From sequence record LC727699.1: a DNA stretch of 64,000 nt; one strand, 5' to 3'. The position numbers and the translations under genes are program-made. Positions 1-15,012 of this stretch are shown here, in pieces (the first letter of the stretch is position 1; every line of letters starts with the position of its first letter). Below the pieces are notes generated by a model. The model searched no databases. It had not been told where the DNA came from and was given only the letters and a program-made list of their open reading frames with translations.

Positions 1-1
1 A

Positions 2-1075
2 TCAAAACCAGATGTTGATGGTATTCGAGCATTAGTTAAGCGCATGAGCACTGAAGGGTTTGAAGCTCCTAAGAAAGCAGTAGCTTCACTTGAGCAATAT
101 GCTTCTATGTTTACACCAACCCGTAGTACTCTTAATGTGACTATTTCTCAAGAGGCAGTGATGGCTACCATCATTAATACTCTTAAGACTTGGTTTGAGA
201 AACTAATGGAACTATTTGCTAAGCTGATGCGTTGGATTAGTGATTTTAAGAAGCGCGATGTTGTTGTAGCAACTCGTTATGGAAAGATTGTCCGGGCAGT
301 TGATCAAGCACGTACTCTCTTTCAAGAGTTACTAGTTAAAAATCGATTAGGTAATCGAAAGGATGCGCTACTAGAAAAGTTTGATGCAATTGCACAATCA
401 ATCATTGATGATCCTAAAATCCTAGCTAGTCGTGTATATGCTGCTGCATTTGGTAGTGTATACTACCAGAAAGAAATCATTAATATTAATAATGAAGCAC
501 GTACTGAACTAGGTACAATGGAAAAGCTAGTTGGCACTATCATTGAATATGTTAATTACAATGGTGATGATTATCGTGCACTTATGCCTATCGCTAATAT
601 CCGTGAGATTGGTAAACTAGCTACCCGGTGCAATGAACTATCTACAGTGTATCCTGATCGTTCAAGCATTCCAGATTTCCCTGATAAGAATTTCTGGAAA
701 AACTCACATCTGTTAAAAGATCGTTTTGTCGCACCACTTGATGATTTGTTAAAAGCATATCGCAATAGCAGTGATACTCTACGTAAGTTAAAGCAACTAT
801 CACGTAATTATAGTCAAGAAACTATTGATGCTATTGGTGAGTCTGTTCAATTAATCAACACTTCCCTTGAAGGTATGCGTCGTATTACTGATACGATGTT
901 TGAATATTCTCAAGCACAATATCTAGCAGCTAGTTGCGTACTTAACTATTATGGTAAGTGTGCACAAGTAGTTAGTGAAGATTATAAGATCCATGGCTTC
1001 AATGATGCTATTCGCGAATGGCAGCGTCGATTTGATAAAGTCATCGATGACTTTAAACGTGGTTATGCAATGTAA
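2..1075 (+). CDS. Head/inner-head structural protein, probably 5'-truncated by the window edge (phiKZ gp86-like)
   Basis: Frame is open from base 2 (SKPDVDGIRALVKRMSTEGF...), so the ATG at 44 is probably internal; S/A/G-x-E protease-type motifs (STE, SLE, SQE); position by synteny. Confidence 0.7.
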   Translation, partial: SKPDVDGIRALVKRMSTEGFEAPKKAVASLEQYASMFTPTRSTLNVTISQEAVMATIINTLKTWFEKLMELFAKLMRWISDFKKRDVVVATRYGKIVRAVDQARTLFQELLVKNRLGNRKDALLEKFDAIAQSIIDDPKILASRVYAAAFGSVYYQKEIININNEARTELGTMEKLVGTIIEYVNYNGDDYRALMPIANIREIGKLATRCNELSTVYPDRSSIPDFPDKNFWKNSHLLKDRFVAPLDDLLKAYRNSSDTLRKLKQLSRNYSQETIDAIGESVQLINTSLEGMRRITDTMFEYSQAQYLAASCVLNYYGKCAQVVSEDYKIHGFNDAIREWQRRFDKVIDDFKRGYAM

Positions 1076-1082
1076 AATACAA

Positions 1083-1113
1083 CATAATGCCCTCCCCTAG
1101 GGGAGGGCTTATG
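1083..1113. terminator. Bidirectional terminator, CATAA-hairpin-TTATG type
   Basis: GCCCTCCCC TA GGGGAGGGC between convergent genes. Confidence 0.8.
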
Positions 1114-1116
1114 ACC

Positions 1117-5088
<3,972 letters not shown>

Positions 5089-5124
5089 TTATAACTCTCT
5101 GCAAACCCATATAGGAAGAGAAAA

Positions 5125-6288
5125 ATGCCATTACCTGTAATCGCCGGAGCAGTAAGTTCTGCTCTGATGACTGTTGCTGCTGATCAAGGTGTACGTGGTC
5201 TAATGCAGACTGTCCTACAAGCCACTAAAAATGGTGTAGAGATTTCTTCTCTAACCGATCTAGCACGTCCAACTCGTGTTGAACCATTGGTCATCGTAGA
5301 CCAAACCTTAGTTGATCAACCTTACATGAAAGACGTTATGAAATTTGTTTCATCGTCTTTTACTGGTTATTATCTACAAGCTGTTAATATGCTTCTAGGT
5401 GTGGATAAGATTGATACTTTAAAAGTATTCGATACTATTAATCCTAACCGTACAGGTGTAACTCGCACTAGTGTATTCTCTGCCGAAGAGTATTCTGATG
5501 GTCTTCCTTCATTAGAGTCTTTTGAGAAGCCTGTGCATTTACCAAATATCGTCGCTGAACACTCACATGAGCGTTGGGTAGCTTCAATGGAAGCGAATGA
5601 CGAAAGTACAAGTGCACAAAGTATTTCTAGTGGTGATACACAAAAGATTTATGAAGTTGAAAACCTTGCCGTTGGTAAGCTGGTTAACGTTGATGTTAAA
5701 TCAGGAAAGCAGAAAGCTAAAATTCCTGTTATGATCCGTTTAATTCCAGCCGCTGTTAGTCCTCAGATTATTGCGCACATCTTTAGTGCTGGTGGACGAG
5801 ATACTTGGCTACATCGCCTATTTCTAGTAAAAACTGGTCAAATTAAATTCTGGCGTGACTTCGTTCTAGGTCAAGATATGATCGATGAACATTATCGCAT
5901 TCTAATGAATGATAAATCAGGTGTTTATAAACAAATCACCGATCGCCGCCGTAACAACTGGAAACAATCAGTTCGCAGTGGTACGGTTTCATTAGCAGAT
6001 GCATCAAATATCGCGATTGTATCAACTTCAACTCTTAAAGCTGCTTCTAATTCTCTTTATGGTCGTATTGATGATTTCGCCACTCGGCAAAAGATCTTTG
6101 ACAATAGCTATCTAATGATGCTTGTTGTTATTGATGACCGTTATGAGCGAGTAACTATTTATCATCGTGGGGTTGATCTATCTACATCTCACCGACTTGA
6201 TGAAATTAAAATGGCTGAAAAGAATAAAGGTCCGGATATCACTGAGATCTTTAAAATGATGAATAAAACCATGTCTACCAATATTTAA
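5125..6288 (+). CDS. Major inner-head (inner body) protein (gp89-like)
   Basis: 387 aa; SAE, SLE, SME cleavage-type motifs after an N-terminal segment; high-expression codon style; synteny. Confidence 0.75.
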   Translation: MPLPVIAGAVSSALMTVAADQGVRGLMQTVLQATKNGVEISSLTDLARPTRVEPLVIVDQTLVDQPYMKDVMKFVSSSFTGYYLQAVNMLLGVDKIDTLKVFDTINPNRTGVTRTSVFSAEEYSDGLPSLESFEKPVHLPNIVAEHSHERWVASMEANDESTSAQSISSGDTQKIYEVENLAVGKLVNVDVKSGKQKAKIPVMIRLIPAAVSPQIIAHIFSAGGRDTWLHRLFLVKTGQIKFWRDFVLGQDMIDEHYRILMNDKSGVYKQITDRRRNNWKQSVRSGTVSLADASNIAIVSTSTLKAASNSLYGRIDDFATRQKIFDNSYLMMLVVIDDRYERVTIYHRGVDLSTSHRLDEIKMAEKNKGPDITEIFKMMNKTMSTNI

Positions 6289-6295
6289 GGACTGA

Positions 6296-7228
6296 GTGAT
6301 GAGAATTATTGATTATGTACGTGAACTCGCACCAGTTACTGAACGTCGTGAACTATTAAATCAAATCCGTTCATTACGTGAAGAATATGATGCAACTCTC
6401 GCACCAATTATTGACGATGTAGGTGAAGTATTTGGTAATATGCAACTTAAATCAGATTTAGGTATGCGGTTATCTACTGAACTACGGCGAGCGATTAGTT
6501 TTAATACTGAACCGATTAAACTAGTACTGGATACTCTTTCAAATATTCGTGGTAGTTTTGATATGATCGAAAGCGAAATCCGGCGTTTATTTGCTATTCA
6601 GTTTACTAACTCTAATCTAACCTTTGACCGTGCAAACATGTTACGTTTTGTTGATGGTCTTAGTTTCTATATTCGTTATGGCCGTAAACTACTACTAAAT
6701 CTAATTGCACAAGAAGCAATGAAATTAGGTAAGGCTACTGAATTAAAATCATCTCGTGCTGAGAAAGAATGGCTATACACTAATATGGCGCAATTCATTA
6801 CTCTGTATCCAGCAATGAGTCTTAAGACTAATGAACTGAAACAACGCTTAAGCCGTGCATCTAGTGCTGAAGTCAATGAAGGTACTTATGATGTAGCTGT
6901 GAGTGCTCTCTCTATAGCTCAACGTGATCCACTTAACATGGATGGCTTCTCACCTCGTCAGAACCCGTTCGTGCTATTTGGCAAGTTCTTAGCTGAGTAT
7001 CAGGTTGAACGTTTTAAAGAAGCTGAGCAAGAATTCCTTGCACTTCAGCTACGTTTACAAGAAATGCGGGAAATGCAAAGTAATGGTAAAGTGGATGCAC
7101 GCCTACAGAAGCTTATTAAAGAGTATGAAATTCGTATCTCTGATTATAACTATCGCCTAGGTATGATCCAAGATCGCGCATCTGAGTTCTTTGCTAACCA
7201 TCGTGATCTACTATCTCTTGGTCACTAA
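6296..7228 (+). CDS. Inner-head structural protein (gp90-like)
   Basis: 310 aa helical ORF with SD (AAGGA), in operon with the previous gene. Confidence 0.7.
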   Translation: MMRIIDYVRELAPVTERRELLNQIRSLREEYDATLAPIIDDVGEVFGNMQLKSDLGMRLSTELRRAISFNTEPIKLVLDTLSNIRGSFDMIESEIRRLFAIQFTNSNLTFDRANMLRFVDGLSFYIRYGRKLLLNLIAQEAMKLGKATELKSSRAEKEWLYTNMAQFITLYPAMSLKTNELKQRLSRASSAEVNEGTYDVAVSALSIAQRDPLNMDGFSPRQNPFVLFGKFLAEYQVERFKEAEQEFLALQLRLQEMREMQSNGKVDARLQKLIKEYEIRISDYNYRLGMIQDRASEFFANHRDLLSLGH

Positions 7229-7773
7229 TGGAGGGCATTGATATGCCAGCAACTAATGCTGTACGCCCATTTGGTCGTAATTACTCAGGTGGTCAACAAC
7301 AGGCCATTTCACGGTTCACTGCTCGTCCCGGTGATCCTCAAGTTGAAGAACTATATCTTATCTTTACCAACTTTCCTGCACAAACTGCATATTGGGAATT
7401 CCATAAGAAAGTTCTAGCTTGTGCTATTCGTCTTTTTAGCGGAAACTATAATTGGTTTATTCTACAGGACAATAATAGTAATATTGATAGTTATAATTAT
7501 CAATTCCTATTAGATACTGTTCGATACATTGCTACGGGTCATCGACGTATTTCAATTACCCAATGGCCAATGTTACTAGCTACTGAACCAGATGCTGGTG
7601 CACAACTCATTGAACCGCGCGCTGAAATTGCTACTCTCTTTAATGAGTTAAAATTAGATCTAGATACTGTTTCAATGATCCAGAATTGGGTTAAACACAA
7701 AAACGGTATGAATGATCTAATGTATACCCTACATCTACTATTTGGATCTGTAGAAGTAATAGATAAGGACTGA
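7228..7773 (+). CDS. Minor head structural protein (gp91-like)
   Basis: 181 aa, TAATG stop/start overlap. Confidence 0.6.
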   Translation: MEGIDMPATNAVRPFGRNYSGGQQQAISRFTARPGDPQVEELYLIFTNFPAQTAYWEFHKKVLACAIRLFSGNYNWFILQDNNSNIDSYNYQFLLDTVRYIATGHRRISITQWPMLLATEPDAGAQLIEPRAEIATLFNELKLDLDTVSMIQNWVKHKNGMNDLMYTLHLLFGSVEVIDKD

Positions 7774-7782
7774 GGACTATCT

Positions 7783-9105
7783 ATGACTAATAATTCACTT
7801 AGTCATTCGGTCTTACTTGAATCAATCGACGGGGACAGCCCCGTCGATATGATCGCTACATGCGATGGATATCTAAAAGAATTATTGCCATCAATTGAAG
7901 ATATTCAAAGTAGATTAGAATGCACTGAAAAAGACATTTTAGTTAAAACCTATACCGATGGCTTATTTCAAAAATATGCAGATAACCAAGATGTTGTTAG
8001 TGAACACATTCTAAAAACTGAGAATGTGTCATTAGAAGACCTATCTAAGACAGCACGAAATACCTGGGATGAAATGAAAAAATCCCAAGCAAAGCATCGA
8101 GATGAGTTAAAAGAGTATGCACGTGTTATTACACAAGGTAATCAACGTACTCTTGAACGAATAAACATGCTTTTAGAAAGAGCTGAAAATATTAAGCATG
8201 GGCCATTTAAGCAAGAATTAAAATTTAAAAATACTAAACGATTTAGTATTGATGGTAAATTCGAACCGACTACAGTTGATCCGATACTCATGCAAGTTAA
8301 CAACTTGATAGCTTTCTATGATAAATCCCTACTCTTGTATATCCAATCTGTAGCGGATATCCTTAGGAAATTATCATTTGATGAAAAATGGACTGATAGA
8401 GCTGCACAAGACTTTAGTAAGTTTAATGTTAAGAACTGGATGAAGGGTGCAGTACCTATTAAGAAAGATGATAGATTTAGAGTAAGTTCTACAGTTTATC
8501 GTAGTATGCCAGTTCAAGGTAATAAGACTTTATTTGGCGCAGGGCCAACTGAAACACAGACTGAAGAGATCAGGGATTGGGATTTTTTAGTAAATACTGT
8601 CCGTGATTTTGCCTTTAAGTTTTATACTATTCCTACTATGAAGGATGCACCTGAAGGTAACAATACCTTTAAGGTTAATGATACGAGTTCAATTGGAAGA
8701 CGGTTAGTATTATTAAGCGAAATGGCTAAACGTATAGATGCTAGAAAAGATTATGCAACTAAACTAGATTTTGAATTTGGTAGGTTAATGCAGTTAGCCG
8801 AGACTAATCGTCAACAAGCTGGTAGGATTCGGGCACAACAATCTAATATGCGAAATCGTCAAGCAAAAGTTCAAGATCCTGATGCACCTGATGGCATCCC
8901 TGCTATCTCAAATATCATTAATTCAATTACATTAATGATCAATAATGTAAGTCGCGTTGTAACAGATTTTAGTAATGCTCTTGCTGGTTTAGTCAGAGTA
9001 ATGGGTCGACTAGTATTCGTGACCGAGTTAGAATTAAAAGCTTACCAGCGTCCAATTCAAAGACCTACGCAAGAACAAGTAAATAATCCCTCCCAGGTAA
9101 GGTAA
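7783..9105 (+). CDS. Head structural protein (gp92-like)
   Basis: 440 aa, GAGGA SD, SIE/SLE motifs. Confidence 0.65.
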   Translation: MTNNSLSHSVLLESIDGDSPVDMIATCDGYLKELLPSIEDIQSRLECTEKDILVKTYTDGLFQKYADNQDVVSEHILKTENVSLEDLSKTARNTWDEMKKSQAKHRDELKEYARVITQGNQRTLERINMLLERAENIKHGPFKQELKFKNTKRFSIDGKFEPTTVDPILMQVNNLIAFYDKSLLLYIQSVADILRKLSFDEKWTDRAAQDFSKFNVKNWMKGAVPIKKDDRFRVSSTVYRSMPVQGNKTLFGAGPTETQTEEIRDWDFLVNTVRDFAFKFYTIPTMKDAPEGNNTFKVNDTSSIGRRLVLLSEMAKRIDARKDYATKLDFEFGRLMQLAETNRQQAGRIRAQQSNMRNRQAKVQDPDAPDGIPAISNIINSITLMINNVSRVVTDFSNALAGLVRVMGRLVFVTELELKAYQRPIQRPTQEQVNNPSQVR

Positions 9106-9110
9106 TTAAC

Positions 9111-10418
9111 ATGTCTCTACTTAAAATGCTAGACAAACTATCACTTGAATCAATTGAAGATCAAGGCACTACGATTCATGGTGATGTTGAATTAGTCGTT
9201 GAAAATAAAACTTCTGCTGATGTATCATCCGTTTTAGCAGAAGTAGATCAGATTGAAAATAATCCCGTAGAAGAAGTTCTTGATGCAGATGATGCTATTC
9301 AACCAACTGCATTAGATACTGAAGTAACTATTGTTCAAGCTGAAGATGAATTAGGGCTAATTGAAGATGCTAAAGAAGCACTTGAAAAGTTCCAAGGTCT
9401 TTTACTTCAAGCTGGTGAAGATGGTATCTCTCGACAAGCAGCTGCCTTCATGCATGTTGGCATGGAATCAATCGATCGTATCCTAGGTATTGAAAAATCT
9501 GGACTCACTGCCGCGCTTGAGAATTACGATGCTTCTCCACGCAGCGCTATTCAGAAAGCAGCTGTTATCTCTCTTGAGGATCTCAAAGAGAAACTAAAAG
9601 AAGCAGGTAAGAAAGCTTTAGAGATTATCAAGAAAATTGTTGCAATGATAAAGCAGAAGATTAAAGATTTTAATCCTAAGCTGATTGCACTCGATATGCG
9701 TATTACTAAAACTATTGATGCTATTAAATCACTCAAAGCCGGTGATCTAAAGAAAGAAGAGATTAAGTTCACTCCTTCTGAGTATATGGTATCTAGTAGT
9801 GGCTTTATTGCAAATAATCCGAAGACTATTGCAGACTTCATGACTGTATTCTCAACTCAGTATGTATCTGCTCTTAGGAAATATGGCGAACTTGGAGTAC
9901 GTTATCTCAAAGGTGACAAGTCTATTGATATTGATCAAGTCACCAGTGATTTACAAGCTAAGATGGCTGAAGATATTAATAAAGCCGTTGAGAAAGCTCC
10001 TGGTAATGTTAAGTTAGAAGTTACTTCTTCTAAGTCAGGTGTGAATAAGTGGGAAGTTGTTGAGGGTGATGGGGAAACGGATCTACATGAAGTTGAAGTT
10101 GATGTCCGTGCACCGAGTAAAATCTTAGCACATCTTAATATTCTTAAAGGTCTTGTTATTAAACTACAGGACTTTAATAAGATTGATTACAAGATTGCTG
10201 AGAATCTTGAAAAGGCCCTAGCTGATTGGAATCCTGACGAAGCAGGCATGTCAAAAGAAACAGCGCGTGATGCACTGAATATTGGTGGTATTGATAATAG
10301 TGCACTAGTTAACTATATTGCTAAATGCATCGCTGCGCAGTATACATTTATTGTTAAACATGAATTAGCTGCGTACGGCAAAGAAACTTCTAAAGCACCT
10401 GAGAATGATGAGAAGTAA
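9111..10418 (+). CDS. phiKZ internal head protein family member (gp93-like)
   Basis: Acidic propeptide, motif GISRQAAAFMHVGMESIDRILG shared with the next two genes, SLE/ALE sites. Confidence 0.8.
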   Translation: MSLLKMLDKLSLESIEDQGTTIHGDVELVVENKTSADVSSVLAEVDQIENNPVEEVLDADDAIQPTALDTEVTIVQAEDELGLIEDAKEALEKFQGLLLQAGEDGISRQAAAFMHVGMESIDRILGIEKSGLTAALENYDASPRSAIQKAAVISLEDLKEKLKEAGKKALEIIKKIVAMIKQKIKDFNPKLIALDMRITKTIDAIKSLKAGDLKKEEIKFTPSEYMVSSSGFIANNPKTIADFMTVFSTQYVSALRKYGELGVRYLKGDKSIDIDQVTSDLQAKMAEDINKAVEKAPGNVKLEVTSSKSGVNKWEVVEGDGETDLHEVEVDVRAPSKILAHLNILKGLVIKLQDFNKIDYKIAENLEKALADWNPDEAGMSKETARDALNIGGIDNSALVNYIAKCIAAQYTFIVKHELAAYGKETSKAPENDEK

Positions 10419-10422
10419 CAAA

Positions 10423-10455
10423 CATAATGAGGAACCCTTCGGGGTTCCTCTTATG
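10423..10455 (+). terminator. Intrinsic terminator, CATAA-hairpin-TTATG type
   Basis: GAGGAACCC TTCG GGGTTCCTC. Confidence 0.8.
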
Positions 10456-10487
10456 CTATGTAATTAAGTATTCTTGAGGAATTGTAA

Positions 10488-12005
10488 ATGAACTTAAATA
10501 AGTTACTTGATAGTTTAGAAGGTTATGGTGTTGTCGAAGTAAAAGAAAAAGTCGCGAAAGCCAAACTAAAGCACGCTGCTACAGACGACAAGCAAATATC
10601 TAAAGAACCAGAAGAAGCTGCCAAATTAATTGATGAATTACCAAATGATGTAAAAGCAACTAATAATGGGTTAGATGTTGAAGAAGCACATAAACCTAAT
10701 ATCCATTGGAAATCAGATCGTGGTTTAGTTACTGAAGTTGATTCATTTGGTAAAACATACGTCGCATCAGAAGAATATCCAGCATCACCCCATGATACCC
10801 GAGAAAGTCCTGATAATAGACCTACACCAGTGGATGGTAAAGATTTAGATAGTGATGATGATCATTTAAATATCTTTGCGTATGATACACCTCCATCTCA
10901 AAACATGACATATCAGCTAAATCAATTACTGCATGCGCGTACTAGTTTAGAATGTTTTATAGATTTATTAAATACCGCTGGTGATAGAGGTATTACTAAA
11001 CAATCAGCTGCTTTTATGCACGTTACATTAGAATCAATTGATAAGCTTATCGGCTTTGAAAAGATTAGTATTGAAGATTTTAATGCAACCCCTAGCAGCG
11101 CTATGCGTTTTGTAAATATTTCTCAAGAAGAAATAAAAGAACGTATTGAAAGTATAGGTAAAAAGATACTTGCTTTAATAGTCCATGTTATTGAACAAGC
11201 TAAAGTAGCGGCACAGCGTGTACTAACTGGAATCAAATCAGTTGAAGATAAAACTGATGAGTTAATTGAAAAAGCGAAAAGTTTAATCAATAAGCCAACT
11301 GTATCAAATGAAAGGGTAACACCTGATTTTGATATGTCAATTAAAATTGACAATCCTAAAATGTTATTCATTGGTGATGAATTTGTTTTAGACGATTTAA
11401 CTAATGAAACAAAAGTTAGTCAATTTCTAGCTAAAGAATGGCCAAATATAGCTAGATCAAACATTGATAAAGTAGTTAAATTAATTAAAGACTACGACTT
11501 AGAAGATAATGAACTAGATAAGTTTAAAGAGGCTTTTGAATTTATTGGTGAAGCTAATCAGTTAGATAAAGTAAAAGATACTTCTCTACCTGGTAATAGT
11601 AAACTTATATTCCAGAAAGATAAATATGCTCCACGACTTGGTGAAGATAAACATGGTGATGGTCCAGATACAATCACGATCGAGCCAAGGCCGCCTGTTG
11701 AAGTGCGTAAAACATTAGAAGTTAATAAAGAAGCTATTCGTCGTTTAGGTGATCTATTTAAAGCTGAAAAAGATGTCCTTGAACAACTGAAGAAGGTTGC
11801 ACAGGGCATTGAGGACATGGAGCTACGTAGGTCTAAAGCTATTTGGAAAGGTGCTCGTGATGATGCAAATGAGATTATATCTTTAGTTAATGGCTTTATT
11901 ACCGATATGTCACCAGAATACGCAACACTAATTAGTTACCTATTACGTATTGCAAAGCAACGAAATGCTGTTTGTAATATGGAATTAGAAAGATATGGCC
12001 AATAA
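10488..12005 (+). CDS. phiKZ internal head protein family member (gp94-like)
   Basis: Motif GITKQSAAFMHVTLESIDKLIG; SLE/SIE/SQE sites. Confidence 0.8.
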   Translation: MNLNKLLDSLEGYGVVEVKEKVAKAKLKHAATDDKQISKEPEEAAKLIDELPNDVKATNNGLDVEEAHKPNIHWKSDRGLVTEVDSFGKTYVASEEYPASPHDTRESPDNRPTPVDGKDLDSDDDHLNIFAYDTPPSQNMTYQLNQLLHARTSLECFIDLLNTAGDRGITKQSAAFMHVTLESIDKLIGFEKISIEDFNATPSSAMRFVNISQEEIKERIESIGKKILALIVHVIEQAKVAAQRVLTGIKSVEDKTDELIEKAKSLINKPTVSNERVTPDFDMSIKIDNPKMLFIGDEFVLDDLTNETKVSQFLAKEWPNIARSNIDKVVKLIKDYDLEDNELDKFKEAFEFIGEANQLDKVKDTSLPGNSKLIFQKDKYAPRLGEDKHGDGPDTITIEPRPPVEVRKTLEVNKEAIRRLGDLFKAEKDVLEQLKKVAQGIEDMELRRSKAIWKGARDDANEIISLVNGFITDMSPEYATLISYLLRIAKQRNAVCNMELERYGQ

Positions 12006-12092
12006 ATATATCTAAGTGTTCATTTTTATCTAAGTACCTAATTCTATGGTTTATTGTTAAACGCGCGCAAAGAAATTCCTTGAGGAAATAAC

Positions 12093-13736
12093 ATGACATT
12101 TAAACTCAATGAGTATCTAGATAGTCTAGAAGACTATACTGAGGTACCTATTCCTGAAACAGCAGTTGATAAAGTAGCAGCCATGACTAGTGGCGATTGT
12201 ATTTCTGAAGACGCTGTACCTGAAAATACTATTCAAGATGTGACTGACAATAATGTTGGTGTAACACCAACTGCACCAGTGGATGCAGATACCACTATTG
12301 TTAATACTCCTAATAATGGCGTTATTGTTGAGACTCCAGCTGCTACTCTAGTTGAACAACCAGCTGTACCAGTTACCGTAGTTGAAACAGATGTAGTAAC
12401 AGAAGTACCCCCTATTCCTGAACAACCTAATATTGCTGTTGAAACAGTTATTCCAGCAGGTGCCGAAGGAGAGGAACCACAAGGTGGTGAAACAGTAACT
12501 CAGCAAATCGCTGATCAGGCTGCCAAAGATAGTTCTATTCCACTAGCGCATAATGGCGTGGTGCCACAGATCGCTGTTGCAGTGGATATGGATAAACCTA
12601 CTGATTTCATGGACATTGGTAATGCACAAGTAGTTACTACAGCAGTGCAAGATATTAATCAAGGTCTAAATACCGCATATGCCCTAGAGTCGATTAAAGC
12701 TCTTGTTCGACAAGCTGGTATTAATGGTATCAGTCAAAGTACAGCTGCATTTATTCATTCTGCACTCTTACCACATCGTCATGTACTTGGTGATAATACT
12801 TTAACTAGCTCATTAGAAAACTATACGACTGGTGGTAAAAGTCATTTATATCCAGTTAAGATTTCAACTGAGGATATTAAAGAGTTAAGTCGTAAGGCGC
12901 TTGCTTATATCAAGAAAGCTATTGCTAAACTACGTGAAATTATTAGCCACGTATGGGATAGTCTTAAGAATAGTGTACCGCGTGTGAGCGTAAAAGTTGA
13001 TGAACTCATTTTAGCTATCCAAAATGCTAAGTTTGAAAATATACCCAGTGAATTAACGGTTCCTGTTAAAAATGGTGGACCCGTATTTGCTAATGGTAAA
13101 TTCATTCAGCCTTCAGCTAACGTTGGATATGGCCCTATTGTTAAATGGATGGCATCTGTATATGCAAAAGACTATGCTACCTACCTAACGAATATTGGCA
13201 CTGTGCTTAAAGCTTGGGATCCAGAGCGTAATGATGCTAGCGAACTAGTTGAGAAGATGGACAAACTTCAAGATGGGCCTCTCAAACACTACGCTAGTAC
13301 ATCTAACACTTTACCGGGTAATAAGCTTGTAACTACGACTGCTACTCAAGTATATCTAACGGATGATGAGACAGCCGCAGAACCTGGCGCTGAAGTGACT
13401 TTAAAGAACTTTGATAAGAGTCAAGCTAAGAAAGAAGCAGTAGCTCTACGTAATCTGGTTGATGATGCAGCTAATGTTATCACTGGCGGACGGAACATTG
13501 TTAAAGCCATTAAGCAACTTGAAGATGATGTTGATCAACTTTCACGGAAACTAGAGAGTGATAAAATCGACGATGTTTCTAAAGAACAGATCGAAGAAGT
13601 ATCACGTAAGGTAGCATCTATTATTACAGATAGTGCACCTAAACATGACTCCATTATTCGTGAAGCAATGCGTTACGCAAATACTGCAACTGGACTTTAT
13701 AATAGTGTAATTAACACTAAATTCCAAGCAGAATAA
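12093..13736 (+). CDS. phiKZ internal head protein family member (gp95-like)
   Basis: P/V/T/E-rich propeptide, motif GISQSTAAFIHSAL, SLE/ALE/STE sites. Confidence 0.8.
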   Translation: MTFKLNEYLDSLEDYTEVPIPETAVDKVAAMTSGDCISEDAVPENTIQDVTDNNVGVTPTAPVDADTTIVNTPNNGVIVETPAATLVEQPAVPVTVVETDVVTEVPPIPEQPNIAVETVIPAGAEGEEPQGGETVTQQIADQAAKDSSIPLAHNGVVPQIAVAVDMDKPTDFMDIGNAQVVTTAVQDINQGLNTAYALESIKALVRQAGINGISQSTAAFIHSALLPHRHVLGDNTLTSSLENYTTGGKSHLYPVKISTEDIKELSRKALAYIKKAIAKLREIISHVWDSLKNSVPRVSVKVDELILAIQNAKFENIPSELTVPVKNGGPVFANGKFIQPSANVGYGPIVKWMASVYAKDYATYLTNIGTVLKAWDPERNDASELVEKMDKLQDGPLKHYASTSNTLPGNKLVTTTATQVYLTDDETAAEPGAEVTLKNFDKSQAKKEAVALRNLVDDAANVITGGRNIVKAIKQLEDDVDQLSRKLESDKIDDVSKEQIEEVSRKVASIITDSAPKHDSIIREAMRYANTATGLYNSVINTKFQAE

Positions 13737-13749
13737 TGATAGGTGACGA

Positions 13750-13784
13750 CATATTGACGGGGCTCGGAAGAGTCCCGTCTTATG
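13750..13784 (+). terminator. Intrinsic terminator, CATA-hairpin-TTATG type
   Basis: GACGGGGCTC GGAA GAGTCCCGTC. Confidence 0.8.
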
Positions 13785-13797
13785 TTAGGAGTTAGCA

Positions 13798-14913
13798 ATG
13801 GAATTAATTGATATTTATAAAGATACACCAGATGAAATGATTATTGATCTTGATGAACCTAAAAGACTTGCAGATTTATTATCAGGCGATGAAGCATTAG
13901 CTAGGCGAGTGATGGATCTATTAGGTGGTATGGAAGATTATAATCAGATCCAAGGGGTTATCAAAGAATTAGAGGATGTGGTATCTACTGAAGATATTAG
14001 TGATACTATTAAACATGTCATTGATCGAGTTATTAAACTATTTGTCACCACTATTGAGAAACTAATGGATAGTGGAGTAGTATTAGCAGCTACAGCTGAA
14101 TATGTTGCAATTCGAGCAGAAAACTTACGAGTTAACAGTCGTGCTAGAACTCGTAAAAATAAGAATCCTACATTCCTAATTACAACTCGTATTCAGAACC
14201 TAAGTGTTAGATATAAACCCATTACCAATAGTGCTAATTTGCTATCTCACTTACGTGTGTTAGAGACAGTAGTTGATGGGTATATTAATGGATTAGACAA
14301 TGTCATCCTAAGACCAGCTAGTATCATACCCTCGTATATGACTCCAAATGCTAGTCCAGATGCATTAGCAGAACTACTATTAAACAGTGCTCCAACTAAA
14401 ATCACCACGCCATCTATTTATCGTGATCAAGGTAATCGATTTGTATCGTTGCATTTGCTAGGCAATCATCAGATTGTAATTAACTATAATCCTGATAAGA
14501 ATGCAAGTGCTTATGATCAGTGTAGGGATATTTCTTCACGGTTAGTTCCATCTGAAGAAACCCCTAGACCACTACCAGTCGAAATAGAATTTGAACATTT
14601 CAACCATCAAGTTACTGAAAGTATTATTGATCGAGTTGTTAAGGTAGTTGATAAGATCAATCGTGCAAATGCTGCATCGATGCGTACTCGTCGAAATGAA
14701 CGGTTAAGGACTCTTAAAGGTGCATTAATCAGGTTTAGAGATGAACTAACACGTGCTCGTAATGAAGGGCGACCTGATAGAGAAATACAAGAACTTGTTT
14801 CATTGGTAGAAACATATGTTGATTGGTTGGCTATTCCTTATCACGACCTATTTAAATTAACATGTCGTAATTTGACTGCCATACTCAATGTATGCGATGA
14901 AAATCTAAAGTAA
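13798..14913 (+). CDS. Head structural protein (gp96-like)
   Basis: 371 aa, AGGAG SD, GME/STE sites. Confidence 0.65.
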   Translation: MELIDIYKDTPDEMIIDLDEPKRLADLLSGDEALARRVMDLLGGMEDYNQIQGVIKELEDVVSTEDISDTIKHVIDRVIKLFVTTIEKLMDSGVVLAATAEYVAIRAENLRVNSRARTRKNKNPTFLITTRIQNLSVRYKPITNSANLLSHLRVLETVVDGYINGLDNVILRPASIIPSYMTPNASPDALAELLLNSAPTKITTPSIYRDQGNRFVSLHLLGNHQIVINYNPDKNASAYDQCRDISSRLVPSEETPRPLPVEIEFEHFNHQVTESIIDRVVKVVDKINRANAASMRTRRNERLRTLKGALIRFRDELTRARNEGRPDREIQELVSLVETYVDWLAIPYHDLFKLTCRNLTAILNVCDENLK

Positions 14914-15012
14914 GATTCCAGCGCAATATTTTGAATGTTAACGTTCGTCGCTTGGAGTTATGACTAAGACGAATAGCATAACTCATAAACTCTGTACAGA
15001 AGGTATATTAAC